Source: the human T2T-CHM13v2.0 reference genome, Homo sapiens. Taken from it: a DNA stretch of 64,000 nt. Each line of letters begins with the position of its first letter. Within the stretch, counting starts at the first letter, position 1. This document shows positions 1 to 17,401 of this stretch, piece after piece. The stretch is taken from assembly GCF_009914755.1 (NCBI RefSeq), contig NC_060935.1, one strand, 5' to 3'. The notes beneath the pieces are model-generated. The model had not been told where the DNA came from. It saw only the letters and a program-made list of their open reading frames with translations, and did not search any database. Position numbers and translations under genes: made by a program.

Positions 1-807
1 TAGTCTCGGCATATAAAAGAAGCTCAGATATTTGTTGAATAAACAAATGAATTTCTCTCTCTAATTATGGTTGAGGCAAGCCTTATGGAAGCCCTAATTA
101 TCCCTTTTAGCCTGTCCTAAACTTGATATCTAAGCCCAAGGGATTAAAGTTCCAGGGAAGTAGATTTTCCTGAGATTTTAGCTCAGCAAAAGCTACCAAT
201 TAGATTCAGAAATGGAATGAGCAATTTTGTAGGACACTGATTTCTTTGTCAAAAAGAGGCTGGAAAACCAAGTGCCCAGGTAAATGGAATCTCTCTGCAT
301 TAGGCAGAAGGTCAACTTTGACAAACTCTCAGGTGTCTTCCAACTCTTAAGGCTCTGGAATTTGTTTCTTTTCAGCTGTTTGATTTTGAATTAGGTTAAA
401 ATAAAGTATACATACAAATTTCATTAGGAAATAATCTAGGAGAACCCATCTAATGAGACTTAGAAAACTGATTATTCAGGCATGCATGCCCATTTACAAT
501 TACTTGATACATGCGTATTCTACTGAGAATACAATTTGCTATATAGGTCCTTATACATGTAACTCAATGAAGACAAAGACTAAAACAAGAGTTTTAAAAA
601 AGTTTTTGTAGCATTTCAGTTTTAAACATATGCATGTGTGTGTGTGCACACGCACACGCACACACAAACACACATGTAATTATTTTATCAACTCTGAAGA
701 AAATGATGTTGAGCTCCTACACAGTAAGCAGCCTGTCTAAAGTGCTAGAATTGTCAGGTTCTAAACTCCCCAATCAATGCTCTTCTCACTCTCATAGACC
801 ACAGTAC

Positions 808-1112
808 TTTTTTTTTTTTTTTTTTTTTTCTGAGATGGAGTCTCCCTCTGTCTCCCAGGCTGGAGGGCAGTGGCCCGCTCTTTGCTTACCGTAACCTCGG
901 CTCCCGGGTTCAAGTGATTCTCCTGCCTCAGCCTCCCAAGTAGCTGGGATTATAGGCGCCTGCCACCACGCCTGGCTAATTTTTGTATTTTTAGTAGAGA
1001 TGGGGTTTCACCATGTTGTCCAGACTGGTCTGGAACTACTGACCTCAAGTGATCCGCCCGCCTCACCCTCCCAAAGTGCTGGAATTACAGGCGTGAGCCA
1101 CCATGCCCAGCT
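808..1112 (-). mobile_element. AluS
   Basis: Full dimer; TSD gaccaca(g/c)tacttt. Confidence 0.9.
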
Positions 1113-1280
1113 GACCACACTACTTTTAACTCTAGAATTACCCATCCTTTAGGCTCAGCCAAACTCCCATCCTCATCTTGGATTGAAAATACCTTTCTTC
1201 CAAATTTTACTGGGAAAGGACCAAATGAAATTAAAAAATATATAACTTTTTTTCCATAGGTGTCTATTAAAAAAATCTAT

Positions 1281-1286
1281 TTTATT
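1281..1286 (-). terminator. NARS2: Distal poly(A) signal AATAAA
   Basis: tttatt on the + strand; CA dinucleotide about 20 nt 3' of it. Confidence 0.7.
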
Positions 1287-1573
1287 AGACAAATTATAAA
1301 CATCAAATATAAACAAATTATAACAACAGTGATTAAAGAGTTGAAATACTTAATGTAATATCTCAACAGCTTTGAAAATTGAAAAGCAACAGTTATTAAA
1401 CATGATTTTTTCATCCAGTTCAATGAAAGGAGATTTCAATTCAGAATAGCTACTTCTTTAAATCAATTAAGACCTTAAGGAATATTTTTTTCTGCAATGT
1501 TTAATGAAGTACTGAAAATGAGATAAGGATTTATCACAAAGTATATGGCAAGGGAGAAAAGATGCAACATTAT

Positions 1574-1579
1574 TTTATT
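1574..1579 (-). terminator. NARS2: Candidate proximal poly(A) signal AATAAA
   Basis: tttatt on the + strand within the 3' UTR, followed by U/GU-rich sequence on the minus strand (tgttgcatctttt). Confidence 0.45.
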
Positions 1580-1962
1580 TCGAGCTACTAGATGGTTCTC
1601 ACAAATTACACAGGGAGTGATTTAATGATTATAGACAACGTAAAATACATTATCTCATTCTGTTTTAGAGTTTAAAAGAAACTTTGAGACTAATTCAATT
1701 TCTTCATTTCTTAATTGAGGTAATGGATTTGAGAGTCCCCTTGCTATAAGTACCTCTTCTTGCGGGAGCTCATCCTTACGTGAAATACCCTCAACTTTCT
1801 AAGAAAATCACAACCACTTATATTTTTTCTATGATATCTTATGGCACAACAATTACATATTGAAATCTGCATTTCTAAAATCCAAACATGCATTCTGCTG
1901 TATGCACAATCATGTGCAGTGTCTCTGCCATGGGGGGTGCTTTTCCTTAACCAATCTTCCAG

Positions 1963-2172
<210 letters not shown>

Positions 2173-2987
2173 TTAATGTTTCAAACGTATTTTGCAATCA
2201 TTTGTTATTGTTTACCTCACTGTGATAGACCAGTCTTTCCCCTCCACAGACAGACAATGGAAAGGAAGAAGCTGAATAATCTATCCAAGGTTACCCAGAG
2301 AAACAGCAGTGGATCCTGTCATACAGTCATGGGCTTTGGTCCCTTTTCCTTTTTAAGCTATTATATTTATGCATTTATGACAGAAAACTTGCCTCAGGAG
2401 GCTACAGAAAATTTTCTATAGATTTACTAATTTTCTTGAAAATATACGCCTCTTTTATTTCTTGGTAGGTTAATCACAATGTTTTCTTTTCCTTCCCAAA
2501 ATCATATTGTTCAATACACAGAGGAGAGTGCAGAGTTTTGCCTGTTACATTATGAAAAGATATCCTATAGATTAGATTATAAGCTACAACAGGGCAGGAA
2601 CTGTGCTTCATTCAACTTTTTATCACCAGGGAGCTCTAGAGTAGGTGTTAATTACATGAAGTTTTGTTTGAAGGCACAAAAATATATGCTTGAATGCTGG
2701 AGTGAGGAGAAACCTTTAATTCTCTGCCTTAGGCCTAGTGAAGATGCCCAGAGTCATTTAGCTGACATGCTAGACAGCCTCTGAAACCCATCCACGCACA
2801 TTCTTTTCCCACTAAAGACCACATGGCAAGACAATGGCACAGACATGACTGAAACTCAGATTCTAACACACCAGCACTGGAAAAAGTTTTAGGAAGAAAA
2901 GAGGAAAAGGGCAACTATAAATATTTTATTATGTCATTTTGTGGGGAAATTCTTGAGTTATATAATATTGATTAAAACAAGTTTATC

Positions 2988-3395
<408 letters not shown>

Positions 3396-4274
3396 TCAGT
3401 CATAAAGACTGTCCATCAACCTATTTCCCCACCATTAATAATAATGGCTACATATACTGGTATTGCAAGGAGTTAAGTCTAAGCACTTATCTTTTTAAAG
3501 GAAAAGATTAACTCCAAACAGATGAGTTGTAATCAGGTAAGAGACCAACATTACAGGGATATCTAGTATAAAACTTCAGATTAGTAATAACTATAAGAAA
3601 TAATGGGAGGCACATTCAGTTATTCAGTCTTGAATAACTGAAATGTTTAGTTGCTAAATTAACTTTAAAGTTTACGAGGCAGGGGGAAAGAGTACACTTT
3701 GACTCAGTGATGAAATGAACAGCACACCAAACTACCTGTCACAGATGCCTACAGGACCTGACCTGGCTGCTACAAAGTCCAGCAATAGTTTTAGATGGGT
3801 CTAAATTTCTCATACATTGATATTGAAACACTGGCATGAATATCTGCAAACTGTCAGCAGAGGGGTTCAGTCTGTAGCATTTTTCTTGCCTTTGCTTTGA
3901 TAGATGAAAAAATCCATTTCTAAGAAAAAAATTTTCTAATGTATATGTATTTGTTTGATTGTTGTTAAATTGGTTCCAGGGTAGCGAGATTATGGAAGAG
4001 ATGCTACGAAATTTGTGGAACTAGTTACAGATTTAATTTGCATATGGGGTACAGAAATAGGAAGTGAGTAAATTCTTAGCCATCTGGGGTGGCTTCTCAC
4101 CGTATGGTGGAACACTAGCAGACATCACAGATATGAAGATGTCTAAGGTCTCTTTTACCTTTAATATACTAATATAGAAGGAAGCAAATTCAAGGAGATC
4201 TTAAGGATCTGAAAACTTTAGTTGGGAAAAGAATGATTAATAAAGACTTTCAAGGCCTAAACTTATTTAACCAA

Positions 4275-4663
<389 letters not shown>

Positions 4664-5331
4664 TAGCTTTTTTTAAGGCTAGTTTTTACAAACTATAAAA
4701 TACATAAGCTTGCTCAATCATCAGGCTTATCTACCTAATAGCAAGACTCAGAACAAAGAAAAGAAAGGGGGTAGGAAACTAGCATTTACTAAGCTTCCAC
4801 TCTATGTAGATACTTAACCTGTATTGTTTCATTTCATCCGCACAATAACTCTGTGAAGGAGATAGTATCATTCCATTTTATAGCCAAAAAAACAAGACTC
4901 GGAGAGATTAAATATGCCTAAGGTCATTACTGGTTAATATAAGGCATTCAAAGGCCATCACCTGAAGCCAATTTTAGATTTTTTTGCATCTCTGAAACCT
5001 ATCTCCTTCCATACCAAAAGGCGAGGGTGTAGGTAACTTGCCCCTTCCTCTTCCTGAGCACAGCACAAGGATTAATAATATTGTTGGTATTATTATACCA
5101 AGATCCTGAAGGAGTGCTAATATAGAAATATAAATAAAAAATGTATATATATTGAAAAGTACTTGAAGAAAAAGTCTGCATAAGGAAAACCAAAACAACT
5201 TTGAGGAAGTGAATGTATAAGTACAGACACGTGGTCCTCCCTAAGCAGCTTGGATTTCTATAGTTCGTGGGGGCATTAGGGATCACTTAGCTCAAGCCCC
5301 TAATTTCACACATAAAGAAATTGCAGCATAA

Positions 5332-5670
<339 letters not shown>

Positions 5671-5820
5671 TGATTCAGAGAGATCAAGCCCCATCTCTAT
5701 CCCTCAAACTGTGTGACCTTGGCTAAGTTAGTTAACATCTCTGGGCCTCATGCCTAGGGAGTAATAAGAAGGGTCAGGATAATAGTACCTAATTCACAGG
5801 GTGGTAGGATGATTACATGA

Positions 5821-6148
<328 letters not shown>

Positions 6149-6384
6149 TAATTATCTGGCACACAATAAGCAGTAAGTAAATGAGAGCTATTATTACTAT
6201 TTTTCAAGAACCCAAAGGAAGTAAGTAATCTTCTGAGCCCCCAACCCCTTCCCTGACCTAAGAACAGTTAAGTTCATTGTTTTTAACACTCTTTCATGGG
6301 GTCTTGGGGATACAAGTAAAAACGCTTCTAGGCAACAGTCAGACAAGCAGCTAGAGTAAGAATTATTAGGGGCCACATTCTTAC

Positions 6385-6411
6385 CATTGGTAGACTTCTG
6401 TAAGTCCCGAT
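6385..6411 (-). CDS. NARS2: NARS2 coding micro-exon (exon 13, 27 nt): SGLTEVYQ(W)
   Basis: A TCG GGA CTT ACA GAA GTC TAC CAA TG; acceptor ttcctttaaacag|A, donor ATG|gtaaga; phase 2-2. Confidence 0.94.
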
Positions 6412-6620
6412 CTGTTTAAAGGAAAATAAAATTCTTTCAGGGAACGGCAATAAGATAAATATTAACCACTAGACATTTATTCTGGGTGTGTGCAAAGAAC
6501 TCTTTATGAAGAAGTAGACGACAAAGCCTCTGCTCTCAAGTAATACTCAATATAGTTGAGGAGCTGAAACCATACAGTAACTTAACCAATAGCACAAGGT
6601 GTTATCAAATAAATGGTTTA

Positions 6621-7043
<423 letters not shown>

Positions 7044-8337
7044 TTAAGGTTGTTGGGAGGCACACACAGACAAGGGACACAGAGATATAACTTTCATTCT
7101 TCAACATTAAAACAATAATATAGATTCTGAGGCTGCCTTCATAATATGGTTGCACATTGATTCTTGTTTGAGAACTATTAATAAAATTTTAAATTCTTAG
7201 TGGTAATTGAAATTCAACTCAGCCCTTTAAAAAATGTGTTTTGGACCACAGTGCATCTAATGTGACCAGGAATATGAAAAATTCAAATATACAAAAATAC
7301 AGAAAACATGAAGAGCAGCCATAGACAGATCCCTGAAATAGGGAATCATATATATCCACTTCATTACGAAAGACAGATGTGGCTATTATCAGGTATTAGG
7401 TAAACATTTAATGTTACGAGGAAAGGTTTCCTGGAGGAAGGAAGCAAGCAAAGAAAACAGACCAATTAATCTTTCAACAGATGAGGTTTCTTGCCATGTG
7501 TGATTTTTATTGTGCTTTTTAAAAAACATAGAGAATACTCAGATTTTTTCAACTAGAGTCTGACCTTCAATTCCACAACTTTCTCAGGACTTTTTTAATG
7601 CTGTAATAGTAGTAAGGAGTTAGTCGTCTAACGAATACAGTCTTCCTCAAACCTATTTATCCATCCCCTTTCTTTTGGATCCTAACCCAGTAGAGCAGTT
7701 CAGATGAGTGGGATAACAAAACTAAGTTACCCAGGAGATTTACATATAGGTTGAGACCTTGAAAAAGCATCAACTTTTAAAGCATTTCCCCATTAGGAAA
7801 AGAAGGCCTCACAAATGGCTAACAGAATATTTTTAAACAATTATGGCTTTTCCAGATTACTATGAAACCCAGTACTATCTGGAGAGAATGAAGCATACAG
7901 ACATGGTAAAGTCTTTCTTTTTTTTTTTTTAAGTCTGGCAGTACTTTTACTAAAGTAGGAATCATGGAAAACAGGTATGGTTAGTTTAGGAAGTCATTAT
8001 GGCATATAAATGTATATGTAGGAGTGGCGGTTCAATTGAAACATGATTCCTTACTTCCCATCTCCAAAACATTCTCTATGTGTTTACAGATTTGTTTCCC
8101 AGTTCTCAAACAGCAAGTTAGAATAAAGTTATTCAAATAGCTAAATCAAGACCCTTACATAGAAGAGAATCTGAGGAAGTGAAATGTGCTTATTCTAAAT
8201 GCTATCTGACTAGTTTTCTTTCCCCAACTTCATCCTTTCCCTGGCTCAGAGTTTGTCTTTATGTCCTTATAGAAGTCTGCCAATCATAATTGAGAGTAAA
8301 TAAAGAACACAGATAAGATAAAAATGTAGGACAAGCT

Positions 8338-8643
8338 GGCCAGGTGCGGTGGCTCATGCCTGTAATCCCAGCACTCTGGGAGGCTGAGGCGGGCAGATCA
8401 CGAGGTCAGGAGATCAAGACCATCCCGGCTAACACGGTGAAACTCTGTCTCTACTAAAAAATACAAAAAATTAGCCGGGCGTGGTGGCGGGCGCCTGTAG
8501 TCCCAGCTACTTGGGAGGCTGAGGCAGGAGAATGGCGTGAACCCCGGGAGGCAGAGCTTGCAGTGAGCCAAGATCGCGCCACTGCACTCCAGCCTGGGCA
8601 ACACAGCAAGACTCCGTCTCAAAAAAAAAAAAAAAAATTAAAA
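8338..8643 (+). mobile_element. AluY
   Basis: AluY diagnostics (gaatggcgtgaacc, gagcttgcagtgag); perfect 18-bp TSD aaaaatgtaggacaagct. Confidence 0.92.
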
Positions 8644-8917
8644 AAAAATGTAGGACAAGCTTTAAGGGGGAACTCTCTCTTCACATTTTAACTTTTTAAA
8701 AAGCTACTTTCCATAGGGAAAGGTTTGTAAAAATGGGCAAATATCACTGTGGGTTTTTCATGTAAGAGTTCCATTCCTGAAGAACGGGAAGCTCAGAGAT
8801 AAACTAACAACTTGCTCAAGGACATAGAGAATCTGAGATCCAGTTCTGTCAGGCGCCGAGGCCCAGGGTCTTCACTCTGTTACTATGCAATGACCACCTT
8901 TGAGCGCCTTATGCTCA

Positions 8918-9052
<135 letters not shown>

Positions 9053-9714
9053 CTAAGGAAAAAAAAAAAATTATTAGCATTATATTTTCAGGTGATTCCA
9101 ACAGTCAGTTTCTGAAGCAAGTAAACCTTTAACATTTTGGCAATGGCTAATTAACTACCTACCAGAATCTTACTGACTACATACAAATTATAAGTGGACA
9201 ATTTCCTCTCTCTTGCACCATTTGTGTAGTATACTGAACACAAATGTATTTTCTTCATAAATGTGATAGAAATGTTAATTATAAAAATGTGGATAGTGTT
9301 AAAAATTATGAAACATTAAAAATCACCTATCAGTACCAGAAAATTACATTTTTGTGGATTTCCTTTCAAATTTTTTCCCTTATACATTTATAAAGTATAA
9401 TTACAGATAAAAACTTACCACTTGTCTTACCTAATATTACAAACTAATATTTTTCCTATATTAGTAAAAATACTTCACATTATGTTTTAATAGCTTTAAT
9501 GTTTAATAGTTTATTGATTAGAATTATAATTATTTAACTGCTTTCCTTTTTAGTTGAACATTTAAGGTGTGTATATTTTTGTCTGTTTTTTCTTATAATG
9601 TGGCAATGAAGAGTTTAATTTGTAGTATTGTTATTAGGACATATAAAATAAATTCTGATTATTAATCAAAGAAGTATAAAATTAAAAAAACAAGATACCA
9701 TTCTGGAGTTATCA

Positions 9715-10065
<351 letters not shown>

Positions 10066-10592
10066 CTAAGTCTGAAAGAAAAAATATAGGAAAATAAAAT
10101 AAAGAATACAGATTATAGAATGGATAAACCAATAAGCTCATATAACTGATACAACTTTTCTGGTCAGCAATTTGGCAACAGATAACCAAACGCCTGAAAA
10201 ATGCAATATGTTTTGACTCAGCAAGCAGTTCAAGGAACCTATCCTAAGAAAATCAGAGATGCAAAAAAAGATTAACATGCAAGATGTTTATTACAGCATT
10301 ACTTATGACAAAAAGTTCAAATGTACATCAACAGACTATTAGATAAGTTTTAGACATGGATAGAAAAAAGACTATCATCTACATAATGAGATGTTGTGTT
10401 GCTACTGTGATGAGATTACAAGTATTTTAAAATTGTTTTCCTCTTTTATTTGTATTTTCTTATTTTCTATACTAAACAGGTATTATAGTTTTATAATAGA
10501 AAACATCAAAAAACTCTTAGTAAGGGAAAATGATAGCTTAATATTTTAATTTGTATTTCTTCAATTACTAATTAGTATTACTAAATTAATTA

Positions 10593-11260
<668 letters not shown>

Positions 11261-11969
11261 TATATATATATTTATTTGCTATCTGTATTATTTTGTGACT
11301 TTCCTGTCTTTTGGGCAGGTAGACATTTTTAAGCCCAAGAACCTGAAGGTAAAAAACTAAGATTTCATGTAACAAATGAAAAATGAGAAATCCATAAAAC
11401 ACATTTTAATCTTTAAATGTCACATTACATTATAAACATTTTAAAAACTTTGCCTCACTTTGCCGTTAAGCCATCCCCTTCCCAGTTTTGATTTAGAAAC
11501 TTTTGATTGAGATATACTTTATGAATAATCAACAATAAAGAATAATTCAAGATTGTACCCCCAGTGCTGTATACCTTATCCTCATTACTATGATTAAAGA
11601 GAAAAACATCAGCTCTGACCCTCATCACTAGGCTGAATCAGAGTGAGCAAGAACAGCTACACAATTAATATGGCTGGGCTCTAATCAGGACCCTGCAGTT
11701 ATCCCTTCTGTCCTCAGAGCAAGGAGGAAGTCTGGTATCTTTATTTCCTGGTGTCTTGCTTTTAGATATGGCTAAAATATGATAGGAGTTGAGAGACACA
11801 TGGTAAAAATTTTGTTCTTTTCTTACCTTCAATCCAGAGTGTTAAATTTAGAATTATAGGCAATCAACTTTGGAAAAGAATAGTCAACCAGTGGCTCTCT
11901 GGCTTCTGCTTGAAAATATTTAAAGCCTGAGAAACAGTATCCTTGAAACAGAGCATTTCATCCTTGTTT

Positions 11970-13530
11970 AGCTCTAAAATTAACTCAAAATGGATTAAAG
12001 ATTTAAATATAAGATCTGAAATCATAAAACTACCAGAAATAAATATAGAGAAAAAGTTCTATGACATTAGTCTGGGCAATGATTTTTTTGGAGATGACTC
12101 CAAAAGCACAGACAACCAATGCAAAACCAGACAAATGAGACAGTATCAAACTAAAAAGTTTCTGCACAGCAAAGGAAACAATTAACAAAGTGAAGAGACA
12201 ACTCAAAGAATGGGAGAAAATATTTGCAAACCATACATCTTATAAGGGGTTAATACCCAAAATACATAAGGAACTCATACAACTCAACAAGAAAATAACG
12301 TGATTAAAAAAAGGTAAAGGAACTGAACAGACATTTCTCAAAAAAAAAACAAACAAACATACAAATGACTAACAGGTGCAAGAAAAAATGCTCAAAATCA
12401 CTAATTATTAAGAAAATGAAAAATAAAACCACACTGAGTTATCACTTCACACCTGTTAGTGTTTTTTTTTTTCTTCCTACATTTATATTTTTAAATAGAG
12501 ATGGGGTCTTGCTGTGTTGCTCAGGCTGGACTTGAACTCCTGGGTTCAAGCGATCTCCTGCCTCAGCCTCCTAAGTAGCTGGGATTATAGGTACATGCCA
12601 CCATCAGGCCCAGCTTTGAATGGCTGTTATAAAAAAGATGAAAAATAAGTTTGGAGAGGATACAGAGAAAAGGAACTCTTATACACTGTTGGTGGGAATG
12701 TAAATTAGTACCGTCATTATGAGAAATGGTATGGAAGTTCCTCAAAAACCTAAAAACAGAACATACACCTCAGCAATCCCACTTCTGGGTATATATATCC
12801 AGAAGAATAGAAATCAGTATATTGGTGGTGATATCTGCACTCTAATGTTCACTGCAGCATTACTCACAATAGTAAAGATACAGAAACAACCTACGTGCCC
12901 ATCAACAGATGAATGGACAAATATTGTGTATATATATACACAATAAAATACTATTCAGCCTTAAGAAGGGGGTAAATCCAGTCACTTGTGACACATGGAT
13001 GAATCCAGAGGATAATGTGCTAAGTGAAATATGCCAACCACAGAAAGACAAATACCACATAATTTCACTTACATATGGAATCTAATAAGCTGAATGAATA
13101 GAAATATATAATAGAATGATGGTTACCAGAGGCTGGAGTGGGAAGGAAGGGAACGAAGAGTTGCTGATCAAAGGGTACAAAGTTTCAGATGGACAGAGGA
13201 ATGGGAGACAGGGGAATGAGTTATTAATCAAAAGGTGCAAAATTTCAGGCAGAAGAATAGATTTTGAGATTTATTACATACAAGGTGACTAGAGTCAACA
13301 ATACATATTATATATTTTAAAATAACTAAGAGTAAATTTCAAATGTCTCACTATAAAAATGATAGATAAGTCAGGTGAAGGATCTGCTAATTAGTTTGAT
13401 TTAATCATACCACATTGTATACACATATCAAAACAGTACATTATACCCCATAACGTTAGAATGTTGCATATACTTATTATATATATGAAACAATGACTTG
13501 TCAGAACCAGACGAAACAAAACAAAAAAGA
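11970..13530 (+). mobile_element. Old L1MA 3' portion (ORF2 end plus 3' UTR), interrupted by an Alu monomer at about 12480-12613
   Basis: KINSKWIKDLN peptide and L1 3' UTR motifs. Confidence 0.85.
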
Positions 13531-13613
13531 AGGGATAGGTATATTCAAAACCTATCATTTTCAAGGCTTCAAAATAGGAGTGATTCCATGGGACAAGGGT
13601 GGGTAGTAATCAC

Positions 13614-13903
13614 TTTTTTTTTTTTTTTGAGACGGACTCTCGCTCTGTAGGCCAGGCTGCAGTGCAGTGGCGCGATCTTGGCTCACTGCAACCTCCGCCT
13701 CAGCCTCCCGAGTAGCTGGGATTACAGGCACATGCCACCGTGCCCAGCTAATTTTTGTATTTTTAGTAGAGACGGGGTTTCACTATGTCGGCCAGGCTGG
13801 TCTTGAACCACCTGATCTTGAACCACGAGGTCTTGACCTCGTGATCCACCCGCCTCATCCTCCCAAAGTGCTGGGATTACAGATGTGAACCACTGTGCCC
13901 GGC
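13614..13903 (-). mobile_element. Alu with an internal deletion and a local duplication
   Basis: TSD agtaatcactttt; tcttgaaccac duplicated. Confidence 0.85.
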
Positions 13904-14381
13904 AGTAATCACTTTTGATACTTTAAGTACATGTAAAGGTTAAAGCCAGGGTTAGAAAGGTCTACTGCCTCAAAAAGATGCTGGAGAATCAGAGACTATG
14001 GAATAACCGGAAGGAGGTAGACCAGATGAGACTGGTGGCCAGTGATGAGGAAGATGAGGCAATCCTTGGTAAGATGTTCTGCTTTCTCTATGCAGTTCAT
14101 GAGCATCAAATGAGAGATGTACTTGTTGCTGGATCTTGCTGCTAAGATAACTAAAACAAACAAAAGTCCTCTGGGTATCTTTGCATGCAGATCTAAACCA
14201 CGTTAATTTTGGATCTTAATTCTTTTAATGCTATGTTTAAAGGAATATAAAAGACTCATATTTATTTTGATTATAAACTTCCTTTAATATTTGAGTTCAG
14301 GAGAGAGTTCACTGTGCAACCACACTGACTTTTCTCTCTGGCTTTTATTTATCTGGAATATCTGCAACTGCACAGTTATAG

Positions 14382-14730
<349 letters not shown>

Positions 14731-14942
14731 AAGTCACCTTAAAAACCTTATACCATGGTAGGATAGCTACGTTAAAAAAAAAAATTTTTTTTTCTCCCAA
14801 ACTTGCCTTCCTAATTTCCAGTGTACCTAACTGGTTATACACAACTATTGCTGCACTTAGTATAAAATTAAGGTGAAAGTTGTTGTATTAGTCAGGATAG
14901 GCTAGGCTAAGCTATAGTCACAAACAACCCCAGAAGCTTACA

Positions 14943-15167
14943 ACCAGGTTTCTCAATCTCAACATTAATAACATTTTTAACTAGATACTTCTTTGTTGTG
15001 GAGGCCTCAACTGTGCACTGTGGGATATTGAGAAGCATAACTAGCCTCTACCCACTATAGGCCAGTTATACTCCCCTTGTTGTAACAACCAAAAACATTT
15101 CCAGACATTACAAATGTTCCTTGGTGAAGAAAGAGGGGAACATAATAATCCCTGGTTGAGAACCACT
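14943..15167. mobile_element. MER20 (hAT) element inside an MLT1-like LTR remnant (about 14885-15420)
   Basis: ggtttctcaatctcaac ... ctggttgagaaccact termini. Confidence 0.75.
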
Positions 15168-15936
15168 AGTTTAAAACAATGAAAGGCCTTTTAAAAACAC
15201 AGGCCACATGTCCACCCTGGTCTAAAACTGATAGAATAATCTCTTTCTAGGGTACTGTTGGTCTTGGGGCAGATGGGAAAAAGATCATGTATGACTATGT
15301 ACTAAAAGCATTTGTACAGAAGCAACGTATGTATGTCACTTCTCACATTCCTCGACCAATGCAAGTCATATGACTCAGGTCACATTAATGGGACGGGGAA
15401 GCATAATTCCCACTGAGGGAGAAGCACAAACTATATGTGCACATAAAACAGTTTTCCATGTTGCTTTTTCCTCATCTACGTGGACTCTTAAACTTCCACC
15501 CTCCCAAACAATCCTTCAATGTTAATTAGAATTAAAGGAAGAACAGTAGTTCTCCTATTTTCTTCCTCTGTACTCTGGGAGATAAACGAATCAGTATGGA
15601 AGAACTTACCAAAATAGGCTATTTTCACGGGATAAAAATTTTAGAAGACATCTGGATACAGTCCCACACCACTACTATATCTTTACTTGGTACTAATTTA
15701 ATGGTATGCAGGAGGAACACATATCATCTTTGTTCTTTCTTTGCCTACATGGTCTGAAAATTCACATTCTCTCCAGTGGTCAGTCTCCTACATGTTTCCT
15801 TGACAAGAGTGCAAAGTTGCTTCCCCTCTTAAGATACCTGTATCTTTTGAGCAAAGCATTCCTTTACAATGTCTCATAATTATTTCAGGACCAAATGGTA
15901 CTATTTCTTTTTCAACAAGGTCAGGTGAACCTCTGA

Positions 15937-16273
<337 letters not shown>

Positions 16274-17401
16274 CCTTGTTGTCTTTTCTTCCTCCATGTA
16301 ACATTCTTCTTTTCTCTTTTACTTCAGGTTTAGGTTCCCTTCCACCGTATCAGATTCTAATACTTCCTGTTTTTCTTTTATAACTATATCCTCCTACCTA
16401 GCTAAAGATTCTGCACACTCTCTGAGAAGTTATAATACAGCAGAGTATTCTTCAATTACAAATAAAGACACATTTTGAATACACAGAGTGTACTTTCTTC
16501 TGGTATATCAAAAATACTGCATTCTCTAAAGATCACTAGAACAATTCCCTCAAATTTTCACACTCTTTAGTTAGGATTGAAATTCCAGGTAGAATTCTTC
16601 TACCTTGTATCTCCCCCTGATAACAACTGGGCTAGTTACTAGAAAAACTACCTCTTTCTCCTGGGTTCTCCTAGAGATAAAAGGTACATAAAGATATAAT
16701 ACAAACACACAGGCAATTACACAAATTTCTTGGAGAAGTAATGACAAAAACTTGATTGTGTGTTTCACAAGTTATTGGGAGCCGGTTAAGAGTGCAGGCA
16801 GGTTGGAAACAAGAAAGTTGGCATTTGCGGGTGATGACAACTTGCCTTTATGGGCAGGCAGGTCTGTGGTTTATGGGAGGCTGAGACTGGCTTATAGAGC
16901 CAAGGACAATAAAGACAGGAGGAATTAACTTTGATTAGGGAAAGTGGGGAAGGTTCATGAATAAATAAAAAGTGCTACAGCAGAGATTAGATTTTATCAT
17001 AGCTAACCATAAAGCATTAGGTGCTACAAGAAAAATACAGATAAAGTACCACAAATAATCATATAGACCATGGTCACTATCAAAAGCTCAGATATTGATT
17101 GTCTACTAATGGCTCTTCCAGCCAATTCCAGTGTGCTTTTAGAGTACTGCAAAGGTGACTCTGAAATTGAGCAACCGTCAATACCCATTTTCTGCCCATT
17201 TGGCTGTTGCATGCCAGGCTCTCCAAATAGCCGGACTCTAGAGCACATCTTAAGCAAGCTGGAGCACATCACCTTTGCCCTGGGAAATGAGCTGCAAGCT
17301 TTTGAACTTCCTGTTACGAAGTATCCATATCTTTTAGTTAGATGACCAAACACATACTTATTTATGAGTTTCAACTATGATTCTTTTTTTAAATTTTTCA
17401 A

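Larger units (their letters stand above)
1261..1962 (-). other. NARS2: NARS2 3' UTR (about 700 nt)
   Basis: Repeat-free AT-rich sequence after the stop. End inferred from AATAAA at 1286-1281 and a CA about 20 nt downstream (1262-1261). Confidence 0.75.

Noticed and set aside
6385-6411. Exon 13 as a neural SRRM4-type micro-exon
   Set aside because: No UGC close to the 3' splice site, and the peptide is part of the standard protein.
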